64,000 nucleotides of DNA, taken from assembly GCF_036321535.1 (NCBI RefSeq), contig NC_087436.1:1-64000 (forward strand). The letters are read 5' to 3'. Origin of the DNA: Camelus dromedarius. Lineage: Eukaryota. A model generated the notes under the pieces. The model was not told where the DNA came from, did not search any database, and saw nothing but the letters and a program-made list of their open reading frames with translations. Positions within the stretch are counted from its first letter, which is position 1. Each line of letters begins with the position of its first letter. The position numbers and the translations under genes are program-made. Shown piece by piece: positions 61,965 to 64,000 of this stretch.

Positions 61965-64000
61965 GTACATGATAATTGTGCTTAGTTTCTTCGGGTTATT
62001 GTTTTGTTTTTTTTTTTAAGTGCTTGTTTCATTGTGGTGTGAATGAATGTTTAAAATTTCTGGATTTTGATGTTTAGAACATGCTGATTTATCAGAACTG
62101 TTAAAAACCTGATTGTTGTTTGGTCCTCGTTTGGTGGGGCAACCTATTGAATTCTGTTGTCTGTTAAAGAGGGAAATTCTTCCTCTAGCCTGTAGATCAT
62201 TAAGTGAATGGTTTGCAGTGTGCCTTTAAAATTCTTTGAATGCATTGAGCATGTTTGTCCAGTGAATTTTGAATTGACTCATAGTAATGAATTTGTTTGA
62301 TTCTGTGGCTTTTGCTCCTCTCCACATGAATTTGAATTCTCTGTTGCATTTTGTATACGTGTTCTTAACAGGGGAAGAAATTTTGCATTTTTTACATAGG
62401 TGGGTTTTCCTATCCCCTCTGAATGCCTTCTGTAATTGATACAGCGAAAATCTGTTATTTCAGTGCTTAATTATTTCATAAACTATTTTTTGGCTTAATC
62501 AGAAACAATGACAAAGAATGATAATAAAAAACATGAAAACCTTCCTTCCTTTGAAGAATAGAAATGAGGTGGTCAGGCTCACGCGTGCTTTGTACCTGAC
62601 ACCCGTACTTTCATGTCATTGTGTATCATGATTCGGAGATGGAGTTGCTTCAGGTTTGTAGATTTTTGTTTTAACATTTGTGTTGAATTCATTCTCTAGG
62701 CTGATGTTTCCTGTTGCGTTTGTGGAAAGTGTAGGTGAAGGGAAACAGATGCTACGTTTTGTATTCAGGAGGCCTGAGTTGCTGAAGAGTATAGAGTAGA
62801 GGGTGGGCTGAGGAACAGAGTGACACTCCCTCACCTCCAGGCTGAAATTGATGAACGATGAAATCAATTAGGTGTATCGGTATTTATTTGACCAATAGAA
62901 GTCAGAGGGCCCAGACTGTCTAGTTATGCGCAATGGAAAGTACTGAATTCACCTGCAGAATTAGGTGATTTACCAAGTAGAAACAGCTTAGAGCAATCAG
63001 AAAAATCAGTTCTATGATGAGATATAAAAAGAATATAATATCTATTATTTCTGAAACTTTTCTATGTTAAGTTGTGTAGAGCTAAAATTAAGTTCCAAGC
63101 ACCAGGAGTTAAGAGTCTGGGTGGTTCTGTGGGATCGTTATTCAGGGATGTGTCTAGACCCTGCTGGAATGGCCGAAGCTGGCAGGAAAAGACGCAGAGG
63201 CAGGATTTGTCATCCTAGGGTGTCCTCCATAATGGTTCCATGTGATAGCCCATGATTGGGTTAACAAATTTAACAGACACCAGACGCATGTCAACCTTAA
63301 GAAGAAAAAGTGTGCTTAGTAACTGCTTTCAAGCAAGCACCTGTGCATCCTCACTCCTGTCTCCTTGCCATAAAAAGCAGAGACAATGCCTTGCTTGCAT
63401 ATTTGAGGTTTTAGATAGCACTCTGTTCATTGCACAGCAATGACCCAGGCCCTCAGCTATAAATGCTGGGCGTGCGTGCTGTTAGATAGTCTATTATCCC
63501 CAAAACACGGACCTGGCTGGACTGGTGGTCTGCTTTGTAATGAATATCTAAAGAATTTATCTTGTTCCCCTCTCCCCATGACTCCCCTAAAGGTAAACTA
63601 AGCCTTTTTACTCATTGTGGATTCTACAATCTCTGTCTCATCCTGTCTTTCCCCAAGTTCCTGTTTACTATCACACAACTGTTAAAGACTATTTTCTTTG
63701 ATTATACACAATAAATATGGGAGGATTTGAGAGGCTCTTGGAGTTGGCTCCCTACTCCCTCTCGCTTTCTTTCCTTTTTCCACAGTCTTGAGTCATTCAT
63801 TCCATGTCGGTAAGACTTCTGCCAGCCAGAACCCACAGTTCCAGGTGAGAAGGATGCAGACTTTATCTCTCCTACCCGAGGGAGAGAGAGAAGAGAATTG
63901 AGATCTGCTCCCCCGTGGTCCCTTCCTGCCCCAGGGCCACTCCAGTTCACCTGCAGCCTTCTGGCCTCTGCTCTCAGGGCCTCTGTCCCAAGACTGACAT

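Overview
Mammalian genomic DNA, probably camelid: it carries several copies of a tRNA-derived SINE of the camelid Vic-1 type plus artiodactyl-type L1. I found no intact protein-coding gene. The window reads as a mosaic of intron-containing (unprocessed) duplicated gene fragments from genes that are unlinked in human: POFUT2 promoter and exons 1-2 (minus strand, 13.4-15.1 kb), the MRAP2 terminal exon and 3'UTR (plus, 28.9-30.8 kb), and TRAPPC9 coding exons 2, 3 and the 27-nt micro-exon (plus, 44.8-62.0 kb). All three are disabled. There are also frame-compatible exon relics of an unidentified gene (20.6-24.7 kb) and an orphan NRF1/CpG-island first exon (40.1-40.7 kb). Structural oddities: a >=1376-bp-arm, apparently perfect fold-back palindrome at the window start; a 13-monomer, ~160-bp GC-rich array with 3-mer higher-order structure at a segment junction; an old inverted duplication with an unusually conserved micro-exon-like core; and an inverted pair of solo LTRs. 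Gene and repeat identifications rest on recalled sequences, not database searches.
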